DNA of 41,194 nt from Lenisia limosa. Its lineage: Eukaryota > Protista > Breviatea. The stretch lies in assembly GCA_001655205.1 (NCBI GenBank), contig LPNZ01008015.1:1-41194 (forward strand). Direction: 5' to 3'. The notes under the pieces are model-generated. The model worked only from the letters and a program-made list of their open reading frames with translations. It made no database searches and was not told the origin of the DNA. A program made the translations under genes and the position numbers. Positions 20,281 through 32,938 of this stretch are shown one piece after another. Numbering within the stretch: position 1 is the first letter of the stretch; each line of letters opens with the position of its first letter.

Positions 20281-23200
20281 TTAGACAGTGTTGTCATCAA
20301 GAAGTGGCTCATGGACAGACTGGAAAGTTAACAAAAGTGACAGCGTAGGAATGTCACACCCAACCAACTCTAGCATGCTGATGCATCCTTCTCCATCCTA
20401 CTGAATTAATCGAGGGAAAATCTGGACAAAGTTGGACAAAGTGTCGAGATAAAGTGAAGTCAAGCAACTTATCACCCTCTTACTTCCGCGACGAATATGA
20501 TATCCAATTTCAAGTCGAATTTTCTGGAACATTAATTTTGTGACAATGGTGAGAGATTATCGTTCTTCCTTACATCATCAGGAGCATCGCCAAAGTTGAA
20601 CCAGTAAGCTCTCCACGCGGCAAACGGTACCACACAGGCAACAAGGCAAACTAAATTTCACAAATTAATATGAAACTGACAAAAGAAATTCCTACCGCTC
20701 AAATAGAGCCAAAAGACAGGCTCAGTCAGAAGTCTAAAGAAGACATGGTACATACCAACCATCGGGAGAAGATTGAAGAAGGTTGTGAAGACTAGATGTT
20801 CATTCCAACATTTGGCACCTACCGAAGAACGCAAGGGTGCAAAGAACAACTGCTCCAAGGTTGATGATTGAAATAGAAGTAAAGGAAAGAAGGATTACAA
20901 CCATGTGAACAAATATTACACCGCTATAAGCGGCCAAAGAGAATAGTGACTGGCTGTCAGAGGATCCATCATGCTAAGATATAAGACTCGTTTTCTACAG
21001 GAACTCACTGAGTCAATGAATTCAGCTGCCATGATATTGGAGCTGAAGAAATAAACAATGAGCGACTGAAAGAGTGCTGAAAAAATCCATCCTCCAAAGG
21101 TGCGCCTTGTAAACATCAACCCTAGAGATTATAAAATGAAGTGTATCGAACCTTTCCTGCAACTATGATAGAGTGTAGGGATATTGAAAGCAGTATCAGG
21201 CAGAACATCGGTGTCAAACACAAAAGCAAGAACTGGAAGACTGAAAAGTAAGCATCAAAAGAAGACTCATACCTTGTGAAGAACATGTTATACGTGGTCA
21301 GAGAGTAGGAGTCGAAAAGACTTGAACCAGAGAAGGTAGACTCATAACTGAAGTACAGCTGGATCAAACATATCAACATTGATTTGTAGAACCTAAAAAT
21401 AAGATAACCATGAAAAACATACGAGAAATGGGCAACAAAAGATGATCGTCTGTAACTTTGTCTTCCATGAATCATTGTCAATCTTCCCAGAGCTTTGAAC
21501 CATCCAACACTGTAATCAGCAGCCCGGGAAGCTTGTAAACCCTCATATCCTTCAATTCCAACACCCACAGCTGCCTCCTGGATCATTGACACATCGTTGC
21601 CTATGGATTAGATTGAGACACTGACAACAAACCTCCATCACCAATGGCCAGCGTAACTCTTCCTGTATTCTTGACAAGGCGAACCACCAAAGCTTTTTCT
21701 TGTGGGGTTACACGGCAGCAGATAACCGTACTAAACATGATTAAAAAAACCACTCCTACTCGGCAACAAGACCAAGTTCAAGAAAATCTTCTGAGAAGTA
21801 CTCGAGCACAGTTCCCAAAGAAGTGCCACTGATGAGGAGGGTTTGGCTCTGTTGCAATTATGAGACCAATTAACACCTACAGTGCCATCAATACAGCAAC
21901 GCTGACTTAGATCTTTGAGATCGTTGAGAGAGTTTTGAATCTCATCTGAAAGTTACACATCACGATTTTCTCACCTTTTTCAGAACCGACAATTGTGAGA
22001 AGCTTTCCTGATGTGTGGTAAAGGTTGCAAGAAGTAGCAATCTCAACAGCAGTAGTTAGCTACGGATTAAGGAAGGGGCGCCTACAACACAAACCTTGTC
22101 ACCAGTGAGCATCCAGACTTTTATTCCCGCATCCCTCATAAGCTGGATAGTTTCGGGAACGCTTTCCTACAAGGTGAAGAAATGTTGATAAAATGACATG
22201 AAGAGAGTGCTACCATCAATAATAACTTACCTGTAACTTATCTTCAATTGCGGTGATACCAAGAAATTCAAAATCTTTTTCGACACTGACAAATACCTCT
22301 TCCAAGCTCTCATCACGACCAGTTATCATGATTTCAGCCTAAATAGGTCAATTATTCAACACACATACCTTATGGTAATCTTCAAGATACTTATCCTTTT
22401 CCTCTTTTGAGAGCTCTCTGAAAATGAACAGGATGATCAGTGAAACAAACCTCTTGGCAATAATTAAAGTTCTTAAACCTTGAGCAGCGAAAGATTCGAG
22501 GTCAGCAACCGAGGACTGGAGAAGACTTTCACTGTTTTTAGTGGAAAGCCTGAACAAGTAAGTAAGCCCATCAGGGTTGTCGTAATATATAGATTACGAT
22601 ATACTATTACAATTACTATATTATGTAATATATACGTAAATCATTATACATATGATACACTAATATGATATATCGATAGATACAATATGATATTACTATA
22701 TGATATATGTGGGTCCTCAAAGCTCCGGACATCATTCAAAATTCCCGGACACATCAAAACTNNNNNNNNNNNNNNNNNNNNNNNNNNNNNNNNNNNNNNN
22801 NNNNNNNNNNNNNNNNNNNNNNNNNNNNNNNNNNNNNNNNNNNNNNNNNNNNNNNNNNNNNNNNNNNNNNNNNNNNNNNNNNNNNNNNNNNNNNNNNNNN
22901 NNNNNNNNNNNNNNNNNNNNNNNNNNNNNNNNNNNNNNNNNNNNNNNNNNNNNNNNNNNNNNNNNNNNNNNNNNNNNNNNNNNNNNNNNNNNNNNNNNNN
23001 NNNNNNNNNNNNNNNNNNNNNNNNTTTGTACCCCTCGGAGTAATTGATTCCGGGTTCCCATTTGCTTTGGCTATGTAATGGTGAATTTTGAGGGGAAAAT
23101 GCTAAAAATAGCACTGTCTACAGGGGTAAACTTTCCCGGATAGTTGCCATTTATTCCTTGAATGTGGCCTTTTATAACGGTTTTTGCTTGTTTTTGACCG

Positions 23201-25955
23201 TTTTTGGACCGTAAATAGAGAGCTTAGGGACTTAATTTGGTTTTGACCCGATAATATGTTAAATTGGGGTTTCATTATTTGATTAAGATTGAGATTACTT
23301 TCAAAAACAGAAGGGAAATAGGGTTTCTGGGTGGTTTATGGTGATTTTGTATGGAAAACTCAAGCTGTCCGGGAGTTTTGATGTGTCCGGGAATTTTGAA
23401 TGATGTCCGGAGCTTTGACTATACATATATACTAATATGATAACCAATATGATATACTTACATTGAGTATATCGCTACATAATATCATACATTACGATGA
23501 CCCTCAGAACAACCTTTTTTTTTTACCTCTTTCAACTTAGCAAACCTAGGAAGGATTTTATCATCAGCTCCCTTGATATAAATGTAACACTTCATTGTAG
23601 CCTGGTCTTGAACAACAACTGACATCCGCTTGCGGTCAGAGCTATGTAATGTTAAGACCTATGAAAGATGTTTCGAATGTTAAATACAAAATAGGCTGAA
23701 GTTATGACAAAAAAGAAAAACAAGAGTCCCATTTAAAAAGGTTTTCTTTTGTTAAATTAGGTGCTGTATATGACCATCTTTCTAGTTTTTTATTATAATA
23801 GCAGTAGATTACGTTGTATGACACCACTATCCTCATTTTCGCCGAAAATTTTCTCATCCACAAGCATACTTGAAAGGAAGAACAGAGAGAATAGAGAATT
23901 TCACCGAGCCTTCAGGAGTTGACAAAGTTAGCGTGCTTCCTTCTCGACCAGAGACAACAACCTAGTTGAGATAAGGTAAACGAAAATGATTTTTGAAAAA
24001 TAACAGCCCAGCCCCCTCTTACACCTGCAGCTGCCGCCGCTTCAACAAGGGCTAATTCATCCGGGGATGAGGATCGATAGACAAGGTTATCGTCAGCAAA
24101 ACTAGACTGATTATGATATTGAAAAACAAACCTGCCAATCGGAACAACCGTATGGCACAATGCGAGGGCGAAGATAAAGTCCACAGCTAAAAATGTTAAC
24201 CAAGAAACACCATACCTTTTGGGTCTTTCAAAATATGTGAATTGAAATAATCATCTAGGAGGTAAATATTTATATGATATTAGATATAAACAATCTTACC
24301 CAGTGAGTGAACATTTCCCTTGATGCTGCACTTTTTGAGAACCATACGGTTTTCTGTTAATGTTCCTGAAAAAAAAAATAATGTAAAGGCGAATATCTAC
24401 CCGTTTTATCAGAGAAGACAAACTCAATTTGACCAAGATCTTCACTGAGAGCAGTACTAGGAGGAAGTAAAACAAGACAAGAACAAACCTTCTTGCAATT
24501 GCAGGAATATCTCTTTCTTGGTTGTACATCCCAAGATCCCAGTTAATAAACATGGCGTAAATGTACTAAGGTTATAATGATTACATATTGAGGTAGCTTA
24601 CACGAGAAATATCGAGAGAAACCTTCAATGAAATGGGAATCATCATGGAGAAGAGAAGAAGGAAGCGAAGCGGAATAACAATGAAGTTGTACCAAGGCTC
24701 TGAACCAAGTTCAAGATACCAGTGCTACAGAGTTAACCTAATAAAAGCGCCTACTCTGTGACCTCTTTTGAGCTGCCAATATGAACCATAAACACCCAAG
24801 ATAAAAACTAGGACAAACTGAACAGAAAAAACAATCATAGTCATTTTATTAATGTTGCTATCAAGAACAGTCCACTAAAAAAAAATAAGATTGAAATACT
24901 AATACCTTTGAAGGTGGATCAGTTCTGTTCATTCCTATTTTGGTTTCAAAAGACGTGTAAACCGCAACTCCATAAGCAGTCTCAGTGTTACGAAGGTGTG
25001 TAGCTTGTAATAACATCTAAAGATGAATAAAAACAATACTCTTACATTGTCAGCAGAAAGCGAATGCCAGTCTGAAGGACTGTTTTGAAGTGCAATACGA
25101 CCATCAAAACGGTAAACTTCAGCAGAAGGATGTGGGCATTCAATAACACCTTTCAACGAAGCAATTGACCCAATCGATTCTTCATTACTTGTACTGAGGG
25201 CTTTTCGAGATTTCAGATCCGATTCGCCATCTAAATTCGAGGTCTACCATAAAACAATAAATAGTCTCACTTGAATGTAACACGACCCTTCTTCCTCTGT
25301 AGTCTTCAAGAGAATCATATCACAGGGTATTTCCTAATAGTATGTCAAAAAAGAAGTCTCTCCTTACTTGTCCTTCAGAAACACAAACAATGTCACCAAC
25401 ACAAATCTCATCAGCTCGAACCTGAAAGTAAAATTGTCTTCAGGAAAATTCTAACCTCTTTGAAAGAGCCACTTCTACTCACAATCACAGGAGCTGAATT
25501 GGCCCTATAGCATAAGTAGAAACTCAAAAAAAGGGGGAGGTCCGGTTAGCTTCTTCCCACTTGCAATCTCCCTTATATCTATGGTAGTCATCAAATCCTT
25601 CCTTGATCTAAAAAAAAGTTAACTTGAAGGGAAAGAGAAAAAAAATACCATAGACACAAATAAAATTGTGATTAGTGGAGCCCAAGTTGTAATTGGGTTC
25701 ACTGCAGTAATTGTGGGAAACTAGATTAAATAATGAAAAACAAACCAGCTGTAAAATTGCTATCAGTAAGAAGTACTGATTCATAAATCTACCAAATTGT
25801 TCCATTAAATTCTTTGGGACAAAATTTAGAAGACTATATTTGGTGTTTGATACCACATTAAGCGGAAAGTGTTTTGATGAGGTTTCATGGCTGTTCAATT
25901 CTACTGTTCTGAATCCTCCAGAAACAGCTTCAGACTTGGAAGAAAATGCCCCCAT
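20281..25955 (-). CDS. P4-type ATPase (phospholipid flippase), ALA2-like, multi-exon
   Basis: [110 protein letters not shown]; ends [10 protein letters not shown]. Confidence 0.96.
22717..22761 (+). repeat. Left arm of 45-bp perfect inverted repeat
   Basis: tcaaagctccggacatcattcaaaattcccggacacatcaaaact is the exact reverse complement of 23374-23418; it runs into the N gap, so may be longer. Confidence 0.9.
22762..23024. other. Assembly gap (N run) within the transposon
   Basis: Run of N. Confidence 0.99.
23374..23418 (-). repeat. Right arm of 45-bp perfect inverted repeat
   Basis: agttttgatgtgtccgggaattttgaatgatgtccggagctttga; a further TGTCCGG motif lies just to its left. Confidence 0.9.
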
Positions 25956-26320
25956 TTAGGTGACAATAAAAGCCCACTACTACACAAATCAGCAAGAGTT
26001 GTCCATCACTTACAAGAATTAGAACAGGGGAGGGGGTTCCTTCTCTCTTATCACGTTATATCACCAGCGCAACAGCTTACAAGACAACACAGAGCGGAAA
26101 GAGAAACGGGGAAACACTGCAATTCCCCAAATAAGCCATTGTTTTACACTGGTCCAAGGTCCCCTATATGGGGGGATCCATTCCTCCTGTGCTGGGGAAA
26201 ACACGGGTTAAGAAAAAGTGGAAAAAGAAGAAAAGTAGAAAAGAAGGGAAGGAAGCCTGGAAGGAAGGAATCAGAATTAGAAGAGAAGAGAGTTGAGAGC
26301 ATTTTCTCAGTTTTTGAACT

Positions 26321-27055
26321 ATGGATTACCGAAGGAGTAGGCGCTCTCCTGATCCGTACTCAGGTGGAAGAAGAAGAGGTTATAGAGGCCGTGATGAGTA
26401 CGTCGATGACAGGGAGTATAGAAGTCGTTCAAGAGACTATGAACGCTCTTCCTACCGCTCTTCAAGGTACAATGACTACGACATTATGCATGAAATCCAA
26501 AATGACCCACGCCTTCGTCAAGCCATGGAAATTGGAGTCCGTGCAGGAATGATGCAGTCACAATCACATCATTCGTATCCTCCTCGTTCTTACCCTCCAA
26601 GAAGACGCCCAGCATTTGATGAATTTAAGATTGAAGGATGTCTCGGTGTTGGAACTGATGGAAAACGATTCATGGAGGGAGACTTCAACTGCGTTAAATG
26701 TGACACACATAACTACAGCAGACGCAACACTTGTTTCAAGTGTGATGAGCCAAGGCCAAGTAGGGATACTGCCGAAGGTGCCAGAGCCCATAACAGCTTT
26801 TCAAAGCCTGATTCGCAAATGAGGGACAAGTTTAATTATGTACCCAGAGAAGGTGACTGGAATTGCTCTAAATGTGATGGTCAAAATTACAACAAAAGGT
26901 TTGCATTATGGTATAATTATTGTATTTCCCTCTTCCTTTGTTCATGATTTAGAACTGATTGCTACCGTTGCCATGAGCCTAAGCCATATCGTGGCCAAGA
27001 GCAAGTGGAAGATGAAGTTGTTAGGTCTGTGTCCGAAAGTTGTGATGAATGGTGA
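26321..27055 (+). CDS. RanBP2-type zinc-finger protein (two fingers) with Arg/Ser/Tyr-rich N-terminus, likely RNA-binding
   Basis: EGDFNCVKCDTHNYSRRNTCFKC and REGDWNCSKCDGQNYNKR/TDCYRC; one intron at ~26899-26952. Confidence 0.9.
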
Positions 27056-27212
27056 GCCTCCCCAAAGGATTTTAAAAGATAAGAAAGCTGTCTATATTTG
27101 CAAGAGGGAGGGAAGACGAAGATGAAATGTTCAAGAAGAAAAGTAAGGGGGAAAAGAAGCAGTAAGCCATCCAATTTGATCAGTTTTCAAAGAGGTGTAT
27201 CTATTTAATAAC

Positions 27213-29069
27213 TTAGAGAGTAGGGTACTTCATCTGGTCCTTGGTGAAACCAGGCATTGGGAATTGAGTGGCAAACTCCTCAACCTCCTTCTTAAGAGTG
27301 GCAAGCTTCTCGTTTCCATGCATGCCCTTCTTGAAGTCAACAAGTTTCTTGCCATGGCTGGCCTAAAAGTTTTAGAAGAAAATAAGAAAATAAAGAATAT
27401 GGGATAACAAACCTGGATTTCAAGAGCAATCTTAACGGCCTTGTCAAGGAAAGAAGCAATTTTGGTAAAGTCATCATTCTTCATGCCGCGAGAAGTGAGA
27501 GCGGGGGCACCAAGGCGGAGACCACCAGGGGAGAGAGCAGAGCGGTCACCCTGGACAGTGTTCTTGTTGACAGTGATAGAGCACTCCTCGAGGAGAGTTT
27601 CCATCTTGGAGCCAGTGAGTCCCTAAAAAGTAAGGGGAAAAAAGGTTTGATGAGACAAGGAAGACCACAAAAACAACCACTGACAAGGGGGTTGAGATTC
27701 CAGAGGAGGAGATGGTTGTCGGTACCGTTAGAGACAAGAGTGTAGTCGAGGGCCATAAGAGCCTCAGCAAGCTTCTTGGAGTTGGACACGACTTGCTTGG
27801 CGTAGTCAACGAACTCAGGACTGGCAACTTGCTTCAGACAAGTGGCGACAGCGGCAATCTACACAAAATTAGCTTTGCTAGAGAAAGGCCAAGTTCAAAC
27901 CTGGTGTTCATGGGGACCACCCTGGTTGGAAGGGAAGACGGCAAAATTGATAGCCTCTTCGTATTGCTTCTTGAAGAAGACAAGTCCAGAGCGGGGGCCA
28001 CGGAGAGTCTTGTGGGTGGTGGAGGTTACAACATCGCAGAACTTGAAGGGGTCGTTCACGATCTGGGCAGCAACAAGACCAGAAATGTGGGCCATATCAC
28101 AAAGAAGAATAGCCTTGTTGGCGTCAGCAATAGCGCGGAGACGAGCGTAGTCCCATTCACGAGGGTAAGCGGAGCCACCACAAATGATGAGCTTGGGATG
28201 GTAAAGAGCAGCATCGCGAGAGAGCTTCTCATAATCAATGTCGCCAGCATCCTAGATGATTAGTAAATATCAAATGAAGAAAACTCTTACATTGAGCTGG
28301 TAGGGGAAAGACTCGAAATAGATAGAAGAGCTGGAAATCTTCTTGGAGGCAGTTTGGTATCCGTGAGTCAGACTTGAAAATAAGAAAAGGGGGAGGCATG
28401 GTCTTACTGTCCACCAGAAGGAAGGTCGAGTCCCATAATACGGTCATGGGGGTTGAGAAGTCCAGTGAAGGCGTTGAAGTTAGCAGTAGAGCCTTGGAGG
28501 TAAAATGGTAAAACCATAAAAACCCTATCAGAAAATATGAAAAACACTTACCAGAGTAAGATTGGACATTGACACCCCACTCGGATTCGTTGAGGTGGAA
28601 AGCGGCGAGAGCACGCTTCTGGCACATTGTCTCAATCTGACAGATTAGACCACAAAAGGGGCCAAATTACAAACCTGATCAATGAATTCGTTACCACCAT
28701 AATATCTAAACACAATTAAAGAAAGGAAGAAGGGGGAGGTATCATGAGCAACAATAATCGAAAAAAGAAGGTGACTAATATCACAAGCAAACCTCTTTCC
28801 GGGAAGGCCCTCAGCGTATTTGTTGGTAAGAGGGGAGCCAAGGCACTCAAGAGCAGCTTGGGAAGTAAAGTTCTAGAAAAAAATTAGTAGTGTTCATTGG
28901 CCTTCTTAAAAGCAGCATTAAAAGTAACAGTTAAAGTGGTCAAAGCATTCTATTTGCAAAGGCAAACCTCAGAGGCAATTAGCTCAAGTCCGCGCCATTG
29001 GCGGTTCTTTTCCTTCTCAATGAGGTCAAAGAGCTCGGGGTCAGACTGGGCAAGAGATTGGTTGAGCAT
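27213..29069 (-). CDS. SHMT: Serine hydroxymethyltransferase, no N-terminal targeting extension (cytosolic type)
   Basis: [52 protein letters not shown] (PLP lysine), QGGPH, GTDNHL; upstream intron appears to be in the 5' UTR. Confidence 0.97.
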
Positions 29070-29454
29070 AGTAGGTGCCTAAAAAAAGAAATCAGTCACA
29101 TCCCAATAAAAGAAGCTCTAACTCACTACCTACCTGGGTTTAGAAATCCGCAAAAGGTAGAAAGATTCAAAATTTTCACAAAACAGATACGATTTAGAAC
29201 ATTCTAGAATTATTAAAACGATTACTTTTGATTACTTAGGCCACCATTTGTGTGTCACCAACCGACCCCTCCTCCCCAACTCCTCACTCCTTTTTTGACC
29301 TCCTTCTATATATAATAAAACCCAACAACAAAAATAAAACGGAAAGACTTAGAAAGACAAGACTTCTACCTGAGTACTTTGCCAAAACTCAACCACCCGC
29401 TTGCTAAATCTCAAAGCTACCTTCCCATCGAACCTCGAACGAACTTTTTTCAAA

Positions 29455-32400
29455 ATGACGGGTAGGCGGGTGGAGTATTACTTTTATTTCTTGAAAACAT
29501 AAGAGTAACCATTCAGTTGAATCAAACATTCTTCTTGACATTGTGGATTTGCATGTCTCTGTCTGTGGAAAACCTGTACTAAAGGGAGTCAACCTTAGAA
29601 TTTTAAAGGTAAATTTTTTGTGATGGTGATAGCTTTAGGGGGAAGTCCATGTTCTTTTAGGCCCCAATGGCTCCGGAAAATCCACTTTACTTGCCTCTCT
29701 TATGGGGTTCTCAAATTACACCATCACTCAAGGCAAAATCTTCTTTAATGGACAGGTAAAACAAAGTTTATTGAGTAATATGGCGTAGGATATGACTTAT
29801 AAATCTGTTGATGAGCGTGCTAGAGCTGGTATGGGTGTCATGTTCCAAAGACCCCCCACTGTACCTGGAGTTCAGCTTAAAACTCTCCTCCAGTCAGTGC
29901 TTGAAATTTCTGATTCTCTAGAGCCTCGTCACCTTCAGTCAATCCCTCTGGCCATGTGTCAACCACCAGAATGTCTGAATTCTTGGAGCGTGATGTCAAT
30001 GTTGGATTTTCAGGAGGAGAAACTAAGCGTTCCGAACTTCTTCAAGTTTGGGAGATAATGTTATTTTCACTGTTCAGGTCATGTGCCAAAAGCCTGATCT
30101 TGTTCTTCTTGATGAACCTGAAAGTGGAGTTGATCTTGAAAATATGGTTGTTCTTGGACATGGTTGCAAAACTCTCCTCTCAAGAGTAGGTTGCCTTTCT
30201 TTCTTCACTCCTCAGGATACTAACAAAAATCGTGGTGGTTTGATCATTACTCATACTGGTCATATTTTGGACTATGTCGACAGTGATGTTGGACACATCT
30301 TGATCAATGGAATTATTAGATGCAGTAATGCAAATCCAGTCCAACTTCTCGAACAGGTTAGGGAGAAAAAAAGTCCTTATTTTTCAGATTAGATCGCGGG
30401 GTTACTTCGAATGTCGCAAATGCTCTGTAGCTGAGGCGTGTGATGATCATATTATTGAATCTCCTTGCCCACAACTTCCTTCTCCACCTGTTCAGGAACC
30501 TCGTCACCTTGAAGCTTTTGTTGGTTTTTATTATTTTCACTGTTTCAGGCTCCCTCTGAAACTCCTTCATCTCTTGGTGCACTCACTAAGACCAAATCTG
30601 GTGCAATGATGATTGATCTCGATGATGACCTTAACGCCATGGAGGAGGAGGATCCCCTTTCTGATGACGTTATTTCACTGCCAAAACAATCTCAAGCCAC
30701 TCAAGTTGGTCTTGTACATTTGGTCTTTATGATCCTTCAGTCTTCGCTTTCTACTGCCCTTCTCGAGCGTAAGGCCTTGGAAGACGATGGAATTAAAACA
30801 TCAGGAAGATACCTTCAGGTTTGAACGGTAACACCCTTTAAGCTCTGGGACAGAAAAAGAGACCTTGGTAGGTATACCATTGTCTTAAAGCAGGTTATTG
30901 TTTCCAAACCTGGCTTGGTTGAAGGACAAAAAGAACCGTAATCGAGCATAACTTGCATGGTTTAGAAATAGTATAATAAAAATAATTATTAGAACAACAA
31001 TTACGATTATCGTACTGACTGAGATCTTAATCAAATTCTGCTAACAAGCAGTAAAAAGATGACATTACTGTAAGGTTATGTTCGGATATCCGTGTCAATT
31101 TCCTGGAACTACACCCTGATTTAAAACACATTGTCAAACCTCTGTTCCTCTCTATTTACATGGACCAAGTTTCAATTTTCAGGTTGATCAGCGGGTTGAT
31201 GTAGTTAAGTCGACTGTTGAGGGGCTTGAAATCATACCTCTCAAGGAAGCACTTGCTTTGTACCCTGAAATCAGTAAGATCTTTTTATAATATCGCAGTA
31301 ATAATCTTCAGGAGAAAAATACTACTGGAAAACAGTTTCTCGTGACAAGGATGAGTACACCAAGGCAGTATCCGATCATGAACTGGCAAATGTTTGTTTT
31401 TTACTTATTATTTACTCATTGTTAGGACTGCAAAGGATACGTTATCATCTGTCGTAAAGGTGTCAAACTTGAGAACCCTGTGGATGCAGGTAGTGCATTA
31501 TTTTATCCAAAGGATTATTCCTGACTTTTTATAGGTGTTCTTATGGAAGGATCTCAGCATCAGTTTGTACATAATATATTGATTGCCGAACCGGAAAGCG
31601 TTCTTCACGTTGCTTCTTCTTGCACTGGATGCTCTGGTGGCTCAGCGGTTGTTACACATTATGGTGTTTCTGAATTCTTTGTTGAAGAAGTGAGCAAATA
31701 CCTTTTTCAGCACGTCATTATTCACTGTTGCAGAATGCAACTATTTCATTCAGCATGGTGCACACCTTTTGCCCCAAATACACAATCTATCCCAGGTTTG
31801 GAAAACTCTTTTGAAGCTATTGTAGTTTTGATTATGGTATCAAATTGTATTTTTCAATATTCCTTTATTTGTTTTCGTGTAGTTTCTCTCAGCATAGTAA
31901 TGTTCACAGATCTGCTGCGATTGTCCAAAAGGGCGGTACTTATCTTTCGAACTACATTTGTGTACATCCTCTTGTGAAGATTCAGGTATTTTATAACTGA
32001 TATTCTGAATAAATTTGTCAGCCACTTTTTTTATACTCTAGATGTATCCTGTTGCAAAACTGGTTGGCGAAGGCGCGACCGCTAAGTTCTCTTCTGTTAT
32101 TCTTGCTGCTGAAGGGTAAGAACCATGGTATATTTTTGACCAATCTTTCATTTCTTGATTAAATTATTAGTTCTCTTTTCGATACTGGCTCTCGTGTGAT
32201 TTTGGACTCGCCTAACACAACCTGTGAAATGATTTCTCGTATTATTTCTACTGGTAAGACTGATGTCCTAAAGTCATATTCAAAAGTGAATAATCTACCA
32301 GGAGCAATATCATCATTGATATTATTATGTGATATCAAAATTTACTCATCGTTTCAGGTGGTAAGGTAATTGCTCGTGCCCATATTCAAGGAAATGAGGA

Positions 32401-32785
32401 CCAAACTAAAGGTCATATTGAGTGTCAGGTTTGTTAGTTTTCTTTTTGAAAGAAATTTCACCTTAAAGGGGCTCGTTCTTGGGCGTGGTATTATCCACGC
32501 AATTCCTGAAATTGAGGGCTGTGTTGAAGGTGAGTAAGGTACAGTTAGGTGTTCGTTCAGTTCTTAGCTAATATGATTTTTCTAGGCTCTGAATTGTCGC
32601 ATGAAGCAGCAGTGGGAAAAATTGCCAAGGAAAAACTGGAGTATCTGATGTCAAGAGGCCTTTCAGAAGGTGAAGCTATCTCTATGGTTGTTCGTGGATT
32701 CCTTGAAATTCGCATTAAGGGCATTCCTCCTTCCCTTCAAAACACCATCGATCGTGTCATTGATGAAGCTGCCAAGGGTTTTTAA
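29455..32785 (+). CDS. sufCB: SufC-SufB fusion (SufCB/SmsCB), archaeal-type minimal SUF Fe-S assembly protein, multi-exon
   Basis: ABC ATPase part: [43 protein letters not shown]; in-frame linker; SufB part: [53 protein letters not shown]; ends EAAKGF* at 32785. Confidence 0.92.
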
Positions 32786-32938
32786 GAGGATATCAATAGT
32801 TTTCAATGGTATTTGTTTCTGAATGTATGATGTTTTAACGATGGAAGAAACACTAAATGTACAAGAATACTAGAACTAGAAAAAAACAATATACCATTAG
32901 ATATCAATTGGATCATTGAGAGGGTCTAAAGGTTAGAA

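Larger units (their letters stand above)
22574..23503. mobile_element. Non-autonomous TIR DNA transposon (MITE-like, PIF/Harbinger-like ends) inside a P4-ATPase intron
   Basis: TCA|GGGTTGTCGTAAT...ATTACGATGACCC|TCA: imperfect TIR and 3-bp TSD; AT-rich subterminal arms; internal 45-bp perfect inverted repeat; removing it leaves a 44-nt normal intron. Confidence 0.75.

Noticed and set aside
22644-23114. ORFs spanning N runs (also 239-544, 1855-2160, 34806-35246)
   Set aside because: Open only because N codons are not stops
25887-26552. 221-aa ORF bridging the P4-ATPase start and the zinc-finger gene
   Set aside because: Crosses a purine-rich bidirectional promoter and overlaps two real genes out of frame or antisense; no recognisable domain
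29893-29921. Apparent frameshift in sufC (pseudogene or programmed frameshift)
   Set aside because: A 29-nt GTCAGT..CTCTAG intron restores the frame ([29 protein letters not shown])
30300-30830. sufC and sufB as two separate adjacent genes
   Set aside because: No stop after CRKC; phase-0 introns carry one frame through the linker into SufB
435-32785. Functional Fe-S/mitochondrial gene cluster (NFU1, TPR protein, SHMT, SufCB)
   Set aside because: The genes are spread over 32 kb among unrelated housekeeping genes; chance co-location in a compact genome is sufficient
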